Source: an uncultured candidatus Porisulfidus sp.
Lineage (GTDB): Bacteria > Pseudomonadota > Gammaproteobacteria > Poriferisulfidales > Poriferisulfidaceae
Length of the DNA stretch: 64,000 nucleotides
NCBI GenBank assembly: GCA_965204575.1
Contig: OZ241993.1
Location: forward strand, 32,001-96,000
Reading direction: 5' to 3'
Shown: in pieces, positions 10,664 through 19,282 of the stretch
How the letters are laid out: the number at the start of each line of letters is the position of its first letter
Position numbering within the stretch: position 1 is the first letter of the stretch
The notes under the pieces: generated by a model
What the model saw: only the letters and a program-made list of their open reading frames with translations
Told to the model about the DNA's origin: nothing
Databases searched by the model: none
Program-made: the position numbers and the translations under genes

Positions 10664-10737
10664 AGACATATAATATTGGCGAAAGACGCGAGTTGGTTCG
10701 CCACAGTAGAACATCAGATATTTATGGAGGATTAGTC

Positions 10738-10992
10738 ATGCAAAAAGTCACATCTACTGAATATGAGAAAAACTTGGATTATTTTCATACTAAGGCAATC
10801 AAGTCTCCATTATCAGTTACCCGCCATGAGGGAAGCGCATTGGTAATTTTGTCTGCCAAGGAGTATGAACGCCTTATATGCCGCGACCGTCGAGCATTTG
10901 CCATAGAGGAATTGTCTGATGAAGAAGTCGAGGCGATTCTAAAGGCTGAACCACCAGAAGAAGCCAAGCAATACGACCATGAATTAGTCTAG
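10738..10992 (+). CDS. Phd/YefM-family antitoxin
   Basis: MQKVTSTEY..AIKSPLSVTRHEG..VILSAKEYERL; GGAGG RBS upstream. Confidence 0.8.
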   Translation: MQKVTSTEYEKNLDYFHTKAIKSPLSVTRHEGSALVILSAKEYERLICRDRRAFAIEELSDEEVEAILKAEPPEEAKQYDHELV

Positions 10993-10996
10993 CGAC

Positions 10997-11425
10997 GTGG
11001 CACTCCCTGAACCAGTACCGGGACTTGTCATTCGCTACGATTACCTTTGGCGACATGAAGCCGAACAAGGACGAATAGAAGCATCCAAATATCGACCCAG
11101 TGTGGTTGTTCTATCAATAACCGGCAAAGAAACTGACAAGAAAGTTGTGTGGGTTGCGCCAATTACTCGTCGCCAGCCTCATGATGCATCAGCCGCAATC
11201 GAGATACCAAATCAAGTAAAACAACGCCTTGGTCTGGACGCAGAGAAGTCGTGGATCATCATTTCCGAGGTAAATAGGTTCATATGGCCGGGACCGGATA
11301 TCCGTCCGGTCAGCCAAGGGCAGTGGGCGTACGGTGTGTTACCACATCGTCTATTTCAAGCAATCCTTGATAGGCTGAAAATTTATCGCGATCAACGCCA
11401 GACAAAGCAGGTTCAACGTGATTAA
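10997..11425 (+). CDS. PemK/MazF-like toxin
   Basis: PGLVIRYDYLW..KYRPSVVV..VAPIT..LGLDAEKSWII.SEVNRFIWPGPD; directly follows the antitoxin. Confidence 0.7.
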   Translation: MALPEPVPGLVIRYDYLWRHEAEQGRIEASKYRPSVVVLSITGKETDKKVVWVAPITRRQPHDASAAIEIPNQVKQRLGLDAEKSWIIISEVNRFIWPGPDIRPVSQGQWAYGVLPHRLFQAILDRLKIYRDQRQTKQVQRD

Positions 11426-11475
11426 TCCCCACTTGCTGAATATTGACCAATTAAAAATTTCTAATATTTTTTGCC

Positions 11476-13219
11476 TTGGCGGCGATTCCATTCGCAGCCC
11501 AGGCCGAAACATGGAATATTTATGGTTGGCAGAATCATTCTTGGGAGTTTGTGGATATCGACGGCGGACGCAGCTTCGACCGGATCCAGTTCAACGCGGG
11601 CAACATCGGATTCGCGGCAAGCGTGCCCACCGGCATGAACGACATCTCGGTTAACGTGCAGTGCGAACAGTTTACGTACTACAACCAACTCGGTGGAAAA
11701 ACCGGCTGGTGTAACCGTAACTCCAAGATCGGCCTGTCTCACCCGCAGATGGGTGAGGTCATGCTGGCTACCTGGCTGCTCCCTTACAACGAGGGCGTGG
11801 CACAGTGGGTCGACCCGTTCTATGACGCTGGCGCGGACTCGCATACCAGCATCATGGGTTCGGTCGGTGCCAATACCATCTTCTACAACACCGGCGAGTT
11901 CGGCGCGTTCGACTACACTGTGGCCGGAGCCTACGACACCGGCTTCAATCGTCGCCAGGACAACATCATCCAGTACTGGTCGCCGAACTGGAACGGCTTC
12001 GTGTTCCGCTTCGCGTGGACCGCCGGCAACCGGGATGAGACAAAAGCCCGGAACGACCACGAGATCGATCCGGTGATTCGTTCCTCAAGCCTGGCCTACA
12101 CCAACGGCCCGCTGTGGGCGGCGGTGACCTGGCAGGACCACGAGGACTGGACCGCGGCTTCCGTCGGCCAGATGGAGGCCTCGGACGCGGAGAGCCTGCG
12201 CGTGGCCGGCCGCTACATCATGGATATGGGCGACGGCATGAGCGTTCAGATCTCGGCGATGTGGGAGACCCTGGAGTACGAGTTCAACAACGTGAGCAAT
12301 GTCGATGCGGCCATGGCTGCGTTCGGCTACAGCAACTTCGGCACCTACGACTTGTTCCACAACGGGAACAAGATTGTAGGGACTGATGCGGTTGCGGCAA
12401 AAAAAGCGGTCTACACGACCTATGACGGCCAGACCGACGAAGAGAAGGAAAATGCGGTCAAGGCACAGAAGACCCTTGAACTTGTGCGTAGTTTGTTCTA
12501 CGACGAAGCCACTGACGGCGGCGGACGAAAGTGCGACCGGTTGCGCTGCCGCTACTCCCCCGACGTGTACTGATCTCAGTCTCAACGTCTTGGCGGATAC
12601 TAATACCGCTACTGACGGGCAGCAGACTGTACTTAAGGCTGCGATCGATGCTCTGAACAATGCCCGCGACACTGATGCCTCCACGGATGGCGTACAGGCG
12701 CCGGACTTGTCTGACGCGGATAGTGGTACTACGGCCCAGAGAGACGCCGAGACGCAATACCAGCTACTGGTCGAGGCGGCTACGAAAGCAGCGATGGAGG
12801 CATTCGAGCCTGAACTGGTCACGGCTGCCGTAGATGCAGTCGCGGCCAAGACGGCGGCAGAAAACAGAGCTGCAATGACTATGAACCAAAACGTCAAGAT
12901 CGAGCGTGACGCCTGGATGGTGTCCGGCAAGATCAAGATGGGCGGTCCCATCGACTTCCGCTTCTCCTACATGGACGCGGATGACCTTGAGGTCTCCTGC
13001 GGCTCTTGCTCGTGTGACTGGGACGAAACCGCGGCCGACGCATGGAACGTGGGCATCTTCTACACCATGCCGGCCGGCACGGAACTGCGTCTGACCTACT
13101 CCGAAGTCTCCAACGACAAAAACGGAACCTACGGCCAGGGCATCTCCGGTACCGGACTGGGTACTGCTGGTGCGGAGATCGAGATGTTCGCAGTCGGTAT
13201 CGTGCACTGGTTCGACTAA
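11476..13219 (+). pseudogene. Giant porin copy 2, frameshifted near 12508
   Basis: ORFs 11476-12573 and 12386-13219 together match copy 1. The frame changes at FYDE|PLTAADES, where copy 1 has about 30 extra codons. An in-frame TAA at 11452 precedes the signal-peptide-like KFLIFFALAAIPFAAQA. Confidence 0.85.
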
Positions 13220-13277
13220 GACAGTCCAACTGAGGCACACCTTACAAAGCAGGGCCCTTCGGGGCGCCTGTTTTTTT
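13220..13277 (+). terminator. Porin 3' repeat with intrinsic terminator, copy 3
   Basis: AGGCACACCTTACAAAGCAGGGCCCTTCGGGGCGCCTG followed by a T-run. Confidence 0.8.
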
Positions 13278-13450
13278 ATGGGACACTAGTGAAATAAGAA
13301 AACGGCATTGGCAGTACATTTCAGACAGGAAGAAAACCGGAAATTGGACGGCATACTTAGCATACAATCAGACGGAATAGTAACCGTAAATTATCCGATA
13401 GGTTAGTGTGCAATAAGTCGGAGAAGTTGAGTCAAGTCGATCGGCCTCCT

Positions 13451-13579
13451 ATGGGTCCTTCCCTTTCTCTGTTTCCTAGACTAGTCGAGCCGGCTATCCG
13501 CACAGCCTTGGCGGACACTCCCGTCGTATGTGTCGTCGGTCCCCGGCAAAGTGGGGAGCCGGCTGCAAAAACTCAGTAG
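13451..13579 (+). pseudogene. N-terminal relic of an AAA_14/DUF4143-type ATP-binding protein
   Basis: Manual translation MGPSLSLFPRLVEPAIRTALADTPVVCVVGPRQSGE..*, which breaks off inside the GPRQSGK Walker A motif. Confidence 0.7.
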
Positions 13580-13911
13580 CCCCCCTTGCGGCGGCTTTCG
13601 GGCAACCCGGAAATACGCCCTCCCTGCTTGCTCGGATCTCCGGGAAACAGGTCATAGAGGGTCTTGGCGTTGATCTTTTCATTCCAGAGCCTGCTCAGGT
13701 GTTTCACCAGGTTGCGGGTGTTCGGCTGGTTCCCGGCGTTCTGGAAAAATTCCTCGCGAAGATGCTTGATGACATCCCAGTGCCGCGATGTCAGTTCCAG
13801 GTCCTCGGATTTTGCGATTTGCTCGGCCAAGCCTTCGCTCCAATCGTCCGCATTGACCAGGTAGCCGCTCGGCGTAGTCTCTATCGTCTGTCCGTCAAAT
13901 TCAATGCCCAT
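13573..13911 (-). CDS. DsrC/TusE-family protein lacking C-terminal cysteines (RspA-like)
   Basis: GYLVNADDWSE..HWDVIKHLRE..LYDLFPGDPSKQGGRISGLP, ending RRKGGY with no Cys. Confidence 0.88.
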   Translation of the reverse strand: MGIEFDGQTIETTPSGYLVNADDWSEGLAEQIAKSEDLELTSRHWDVIKHLREEFFQNAGNQPNTRNLVKHLSRLWNEKINAKTLYDLFPGDPSKQGGRISGLPESRRKGGY

Positions 13912-14047
13912 GCAGTCCTCCGTGAATTTTTGAAAGATCGAGAAATGTATGCAGAAATTATAGTGCTACCTGAAGTCACTTGTGCGCAATCAAGTCCATG
14001 GAGAGGGTTCGAGACATGAAAAAAGGTCGTAGAGGTCTTTCATTCCG

Positions 14048-14656
14048 CTATTGCCGAGACGCAGCGACCGTTTCGAGGTAAGGTTGAAGGACTGACCAGA
14101 TGCGGGTCTTGTAGGCATATTGGGCGATTTCCGCAGGCTTCGCCTGGCCTGACTCCATAACGTTATGCAGGGCTTCAAGTGCGACGTCGAGACCCACGGC
14201 TTTCCTGAACCTGAAACAATCCACGACTGTCTTGGCAGGACTGAAAACGGGAACGGGCACGCCATCAATGGAGTGAACCTGCACACCAAGAGAAAATGCC
14301 GCCTCCCCGAACCTTGCAACACGTATCGGAGGGTATTCGACCTTGGGTTTCCGTGCTTTTGAATGTATGGCCACCCAGACCTGGCGCGGCAGTTGCAGGG
14401 TAAGCTCATGGAACTGTAGAGCGGAAACGAGGCAGATGATTCCTTTGGGGACGAGTTTCGCCACTTCGGCAAGACCGTGTTGTGCCGAAATATCGGCATC
14501 AGCAGACTGGTACAGGCCGCGGACGTCGCGAGTGATGGTGCCCTCCTTGACCAGCCGGGAGAGTGTTTCGGGATGGATACCCGCACGGATGAGTTCGGCA
14601 CAACGCAGGATGCCGTGTTTTTCGATGAGCTTGACTGCCCGGTCCCCTTGCGACAT
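14048..14656 (-). CDS. AbiEi type IV antitoxin / transcriptional regulator
   Basis: N-terminal wHTH (RGLY), GIICLVSALQFHELT, FSPAKTVVDCFRFRKAVGLDVALEAL. Confidence 0.88.
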   Translation of the reverse strand: MSQGDRAVKLIEKHGILRCAELIRAGIHPETLSRLVKEGTITRDVRGLYQSADADISAQHGLAEVAKLVPKGIICLVSALQFHELTLQLPRQVWVAIHSKARKPKVEYPPIRVARFGEAAFSLGVQVHSIDGVPVPVFSPAKTVVDCFRFRKAVGLDVALEALHNVMESGQAKPAEIAQYAYKTRIWSVLQPYLETVAASRQ

Positions 14657-14775
14657 ATCCGTAGGGAAGGTAAGTGAATAATTGTCTATAGAAATATTCT
14701 ATCTATTATCATTATATCACAAACAATTACTTTATTTTCGGGCTTTAACCCAGACAGGCAACCGTATGCGAGACG

Positions 14776-15093
14776 CTATATCGTCGCCATGTCCTTTGCG
14801 CGACAACGCACCTGCATACGAATAGCCTCACCGCGTTCAACCAACTCTTTTGACAGTTCATGCACCTTTTGGGCATTCAACCAAAACTCTGGAGTCTGCT
14901 CGAAAAATGCAGCGAGTGCGATTGCCGTCTCCGCGCTGACGCCGCGACGTTCATATGCGATCTCATACAGACGGGTTGCTGGCAACCCTATGGCTCGGGC
15001 AACGCCATGTACGGTTAATCCCATTTCCTCAATCTGCCCGAGCAATAGCGCTCCGGGATGCGTGGCGACTCGTTGCGTGGGAATTAAGGTCAT
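14776..15093 (-). CDS. higA: HigA-family antitoxin, orphan
   Basis: THPGALL..ARAIGLPATRLYEI..RGVSAETAIAL..TPEFWLNAQ. Confidence 0.85.
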   Translation of the reverse strand: MTLIPTQRVATHPGALLLGQIEEMGLTVHGVARAIGLPATRLYEIAYERRGVSAETAIALAAFFEQTPEFWLNAQKVHELSKELVERGEAIRMQVRCRAKDMATI

Positions 15094-15251
15094 TTCCGTG
15101 CCTCATGCCTCGGAATTAAGGATGGTTCCAAATTCTGACCACCTAGATAAAACAAAGGGTCTCGGAAAGTTTTCCCAAGACTCTGTGGCCCGCCAACGAA
15201 ATGACGAGGGTGGTAGATGAAAAGTTTAACAGAAATTGGCAATGTCTAACC

Positions 15252-15271
15252 TACCCCTTAGGGGATATAAT
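15252..15271 (+). promoter_or_regulatory. TACCCC-TTA-GGGGATA palindrome abutting a TATAAT -10 box upstream of dsrA
   Basis: Sequence TACCCCTTAGGGGATATAAT about 100 bp upstream of dsrA. Confidence 0.55.
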
Positions 15272-15368
15272 GACAAGTTCCCGGCTTACCCCATAGTGAA
15301 ATTTATATCTGCTTCAAAATCATTTATCCTACGCACTGGCCACGTGTTTGACAGGAGGACCGTGAACC

Positions 15369-16631
15369 ATGACAGACGAACAGCATAAAACGCCGATGCT
15401 GGACGACCTGGAGCAAGGGCCCTGGCCCAGCTTCATCTCCGGCATCAAGCGGCTCCGCGACCAACATCCCGACCAACGGATCAACGGCGTCGCGAACGAC
15501 CTTCTCGGGCAACTGGAGCATTCCTACGAAACCCGAAAGGGCTACTGGAAGGGAGGCACGGTCAGCGTCTACGGATACGGCAGCGGCATCATCCCGCGTT
15601 TCTCCGAAGTCGGCGCCACCTTCCCCGCCTCCAAAGAATTCCACACCCTGCGCGTGCAGCCGCCCGCAGGCAACTACTACACCACCGATGTTCTCCGCCA
15701 GCTCGGCAACAGCTGGGAACGCTGGGGTTCCGGCCTGGTGACCTTCCACGGCCAGACCGGCAACATCATGTTCATCGGCGCCAGCACGGAGAACACCCAG
15801 CACTTCTTCGACGAGATCAACGACTACGGGTTCGACCTCGGCGGGGCCGGCCCCTGCGTGCGAACCGGCATGTCCTGTGTCGGCGCGGCCCGCTGCGAGC
15901 AGTCCAACACCGACGAGATGCGGGTCCACCGGACATTGCTCAATAACTTCACCGACGACGTGCATCGCCCGGCCCTGCCGTACAAGTTCAAGTTCAAGGT
16001 GTCCGGTTGCGGCAACGACTGCATGAATTCGATCGAGCGTTCCGACTTCTCCATCATCGGAACCTGGCGCGACGACATGAAGGTCGACCAGGAAGCCATC
16101 GCCGGCTACCTCAAGACCAAGGGTCGCCAGTACCTGATCGACAACGTGGTCGCACGCTGTCCGACCAACGCCCTGTCCCTGTCGGACGACGACGAGTTGC
16201 TGGTCGACAACCGCAACTGCGTACGCTGCATGCATTGCCTGAACGTGCTGCCCAAGGCCCTGTCCCCGGGAGACGACAAGGGGGTGTCGATCCTGATCGG
16301 CGGCAAGCGCACGCTGAAGATCGGCGACCTGATGGGCACCATGATCGTGCCGTTCATGAAGCTCGAGACCGAGGAGGACTACGAGCGCCTGGTCGAACTC
16401 GCCGAGGAAACCATCGACTTCTGGGCCGAGAACGGGCTGGAGCACGAGCGCTGCGGCGAGATGATCGAGCGCATCGGCTTGGTCAACTTCCTGGAAGGCA
16501 TCGGCGTGGAGGTGGATCCCAACATGATCAACGAACCGCGCACGAGTTCCTATGTCCGCATGGACGACTGGGAGGAAGAGGCCGAGAAGTGGTTCCAGCG
16601 CAAGTCGGAAGAAACCCAGGCCGCGGCCTGA
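15369..16631 (+). CDS. dsrA: Reverse dissimilatory sulfite reductase alpha subunit
   Basis: TPMLDDLEQGPWPSF, YWKGGTVSVYGYG, CVGAARCE, KFKFKVSGCGNDC. Confidence 0.98.
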   Translation: MTDEQHKTPMLDDLEQGPWPSFISGIKRLRDQHPDQRINGVANDLLGQLEHSYETRKGYWKGGTVSVYGYGSGIIPRFSEVGATFPASKEFHTLRVQPPAGNYYTTDVLRQLGNSWERWGSGLVTFHGQTGNIMFIGASTENTQHFFDEINDYGFDLGGAGPCVRTGMSCVGAARCEQSNTDEMRVHRTLLNNFTDDVHRPALPYKFKFKVSGCGNDCMNSIERSDFSIIGTWRDDMKVDQEAIAGYLKTKGRQYLIDNVVARCPTNALSLSDDDELLVDNRNCVRCMHCLNVLPKALSPGDDKGVSILIGGKRTLKIGDLMGTMIVPFMKLETEEDYERLVELAEETIDFWAENGLEHERCGEMIERIGLVNFLEGIGVEVDPNMINEPRTSSYVRMDDWEEEAEKWFQRKSEETQAAA

Positions 16632-16649
16632 GCGCGGAGGGACTGATCC

Positions 16650-17723
16650 ATGGCCACTGAACATCGCTCGCCGGTCGAATCCGGTTGCCCGGACGGCTTC
16701 CAGTACCTGCACCCGTTGATGCGCAAGCATTACGGGAACTGGGCCTACCACGAAGACCCGCGCCCCGGCGTGTTGCGCCATGTCGCGCACAACGGGGAAT
16801 CCATCTGGACCGTGCGCGCCGGCACCCAGCGCATCCTGGACGTGTTCACCCTGCGCAAGCTGTGCGACATCGGCGACGAGTTCGGCGACGGCTACGTCCG
16901 CTTCACCATCCGCAGCAACATCGAGTACATGGTGGCGGACCAGGAGAAGGTCGTACCGCTGATCGATGCGCTGGAAGACTCCGGCTTCATCGTCGGCGGC
17001 ACCAAGAACTCGGTGGCGATGATCTCGCACACCCAGGGCTGGCTGCACTGCGACATCCCCGGTACCGACGCCTCCGGCGTGGTCAAGGCGATGATGGACG
17101 AACTGATCGACGAGTTCCGCGGCTGGAACATGCCCAACCGGGTGCACATCACCACGTCCTGCTGCCAGATCAACTGCGGCGGCCAGGGCGACATCGCGAT
17201 CAACGTCCAGCACACCAAGCCGCCCAAGATCAACCACGACCTGGTCTCCAACGTCTGCGAGCGCCCGTCCGTGGTGGCACGCTGCCCGGTGGCGGCCATC
17301 CGCCCGGCCCTGGTCAACAACAAGCCTTCGCTTGAGGTCGACGAGAAGAAGTGCATCTGCTGCGGCGCCTGCTACCCGCCCTGCCCGCCCATGCAGATCA
17401 ACGACCCGGAGCACACCAAGCTCGCCATCTGGGTCGGCGGCAACCACTCCAACGCCCGCGGCAAGCCGACCTTCCAGAAACTGGTTGCGGCCGGCATCCC
17501 AAACAATCCGCCGCGCTGGCCGGAGGCCACCGCCGTGGTCAAGCGCATCCTGCGCGCCTACCGCGACGATGCCCGGGACTGGGAGCGCATGAACGACTGG
17601 ATCGAGCGGATCGGCTGGCCCCAGTTCTTCGAACGCAGCGGCCTGCCGTTCACCAAGTTCCATATCAACAACTGGCGCGGTTCCCGAGCCAGCTTGAACG
17701 CCTCGGCGCACATCCGCTTCTGA
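16650..17723 (+). CDS. dsrB: Reverse dissimilatory sulfite reductase beta subunit
   Basis: HTQGWLHCDIPGTDASG, SCCQINCG, CICCGACY. Confidence 0.98.
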   Translation: MATEHRSPVESGCPDGFQYLHPLMRKHYGNWAYHEDPRPGVLRHVAHNGESIWTVRAGTQRILDVFTLRKLCDIGDEFGDGYVRFTIRSNIEYMVADQEKVVPLIDALEDSGFIVGGTKNSVAMISHTQGWLHCDIPGTDASGVVKAMMDELIDEFRGWNMPNRVHITTSCCQINCGGQGDIAINVQHTKPPKINHDLVSNVCERPSVVARCPVAAIRPALVNNKPSLEVDEKKCICCGACYPPCPPMQINDPEHTKLAIWVGGNHSNARGKPTFQKLVAAGIPNNPPRWPEATAVVKRILRAYRDDARDWERMNDWIERIGWPQFFERSGLPFTKFHINNWRGSRASLNASAHIRF

Positions 17724-17748
17724 GCCTTGACTCCTGGGAAGTGCCGCC

Positions 17749-18141
17749 GTGAAATTCGGAATCCTGGTCAACGAGGGTCCTTACCAGCACCAAGCCTCTG
17801 ATAGCGCCTATCAGTTCGCCCAGGCGGCGCTGGCCGCCGGGCACGAAATCTTTCGGATCTTCTTCTACCACGACGGGGTCAACAACGGCACCCGGCTGAC
17901 CGTGCCGCCGCAGGACGACCGCAACGTCGTGGACCGCTGGTCGGAACTGGCCCAGGAACACGAACTGGACCTGGTCCTCTGCGTGGCCGCCGCGCAGCGC
18001 CGCGGCCTGCTCGACGCCGACGAGGCCCAGCGCCACGGCAAGGACGCCGACAACATCGCCCCGGGCTTCCGCATCTCGGGACTCGGGCAGCTGATCGAAG
18101 CCGCCATCCAGTCGGACCGGCTGGTGACGTTCGGAGACTGA
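17749..18141 (+). CDS. dsrE: Sulfurtransferase subunit DsrE
   Basis: EGPYQHQASDSAYQF, FFYHDGV, LCVAAAQRRG (active-site Cys). Confidence 0.96.
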   Translation: MKFGILVNEGPYQHQASDSAYQFAQAALAAGHEIFRIFFYHDGVNNGTRLTVPPQDDRNVVDRWSELAQEHELDLVLCVAAAQRRGLLDADEAQRHGKDADNIAPGFRISGLGQLIEAAIQSDRLVTFGD

Positions 18142-18143
18142 GG

Positions 18144-18560
18144 ATGAGCGAAGAAGGCATCGTCAAGAAACTCATGTACGTCAACCGCAAGGCGCCGTAC
18201 GGCACGATCTATGCACTGGAATCCCTGGAAGTCGTCCTGATCGGCGCGGCATTCGACCAGCAGGTCAGCCTGGCCTTCGTCGACGACGGCGTGTACCAGT
18301 TGACCCGGAGCCAGAACACCGACGGCATCGGCATGAAGAACTTCTCTCCGACCTACGCCGCGCTCGGCGACTACGACGTCCGCCACATCTACGTGGAACG
18401 CGAGTCGCTGGAGGCGCGCGGGCTGACGGTCGAGGACCTGATGCCGCTCACCTACGAAGACGAAGACGACGACTGGGCGGAGAAGGAATCTCTGCGAATC
18501 GTCGACAGCAGCGAACTGGCCGCGGTGATGAGCGAACAGGACGTCGTGCTGAGTTTCTGA
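18144..18560 (+). CDS. dsrF: Sulfurtransferase subunit DsrF
   Basis: NRKAPYGTIYALESLE, FVDDGVYQL. Confidence 0.96.
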   Translation: MSEEGIVKKLMYVNRKAPYGTIYALESLEVVLIGAAFDQQVSLAFVDDGVYQLTRSQNTDGIGMKNFSPTYAALGDYDVRHIYVERESLEARGLTVEDLMPLTYEDEDDDWAEKESLRIVDSSELAAVMSEQDVVLSF

Positions 18561-18562
18561 CC

Positions 18563-18871
18563 ATGAGCCTGCTGCACACCGTCAACAAGTCTCCGTTCGA
18601 GCGCAACTCGCTCGAGTCCTGCCTGCGGCTGGCCGAAGACGGCCACGCGGTGCTGCTGATCGAGGACGCCGCCGTGGCGGCCCTGGACGGCACCGCACAC
18701 ATGGAAACGATCAAGAACGCAACCGGGCGCCTGTCCATGTACGTGCTGGGCCCCGACCTTGACGCGCGCGGTCTTTCGAGGGACCGCGTCATCGACGGCA
18801 TTGAAGTCGTCGATTACGACCGATTCGTGACGCTCGCGTGCGAACACGACAGCGTCCAATCATGGCTATAA
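18563..18871 (+). CDS. dsrH: Sulfurtransferase subunit DsrH
   Basis: LHTVNKSPFERNSLESCLR, LLIEDA, VQSWL. Confidence 0.96.
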   Translation: MSLLHTVNKSPFERNSLESCLRLAEDGHAVLLIEDAAVAALDGTAHMETIKNATGRLSMYVLGPDLDARGLSRDRVIDGIEVVDYDRFVTLACEHDSVQSWL

Positions 18872-18907
18872 ATTTTAAAACAGTCTCAACGAGACGGGAG
18901 TCACATC

Positions 18908-19240
18908 ATGCCCCTTGAAGTGAACGGCAAAAGCTACGAAACCGACGAAGAAGGCTACCTGGCCAACATCAACGAATGGGAGCCCGGACTGGCGGACGCC
19001 ATGGCCGAGGCGGACGGCACCAGCCTGGGTGACAACCACTGGGAAGTCATCAACTTTCTTCGCGAGTACTACGAGGAATACCAGATCGCCCCGGCGGTCC
19101 GCGTCCTGACCAAGGCGATCGGCAAGAAGCTGGGCAAGGACAAGGGCAACAGCAAGTACCTGTACGAGCTTTTCCCCTACGGCCCGGCCAAACAAGCCTG
19201 TAAGTACGCGGGCCTGCCGAAACCGACCGGTTGCGTCTGA
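18908..19240 (+). CDS. dsrC: Sulfur carrier DsrC
   Basis: C-terminal ACKYAGLPKPTGCV with both conserved Cys. Confidence 0.98.
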   Translation: MPLEVNGKSYETDEEGYLANINEWEPGLADAMAEADGTSLGDNHWEVINFLREYYEEYQIAPAVRVLTKAIGKKLGKDKGNSKYLYELFPYGPAKQACKYAGLPKPTGCV

Positions 19241-19282
19241 CCGGCGCGCGGCCGCCCGCCGGCGGCCCCGACGCACGTTGAC

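Noticed and set aside
6204-13219. Diversity-generating retroelement as the cause of porin variation
   Set aside because: No reverse transcriptase in the window, and the differences include indels and all base types rather than adenine-specific substitutions.
8018-13277. Porin 3' repeats as integron attC sites or CRISPR repeats
   Set aside because: No RYYYAAC/GTTRRRY ends, no integrase, kilobase-scale irregular spacing; the structure is an intrinsic terminator.
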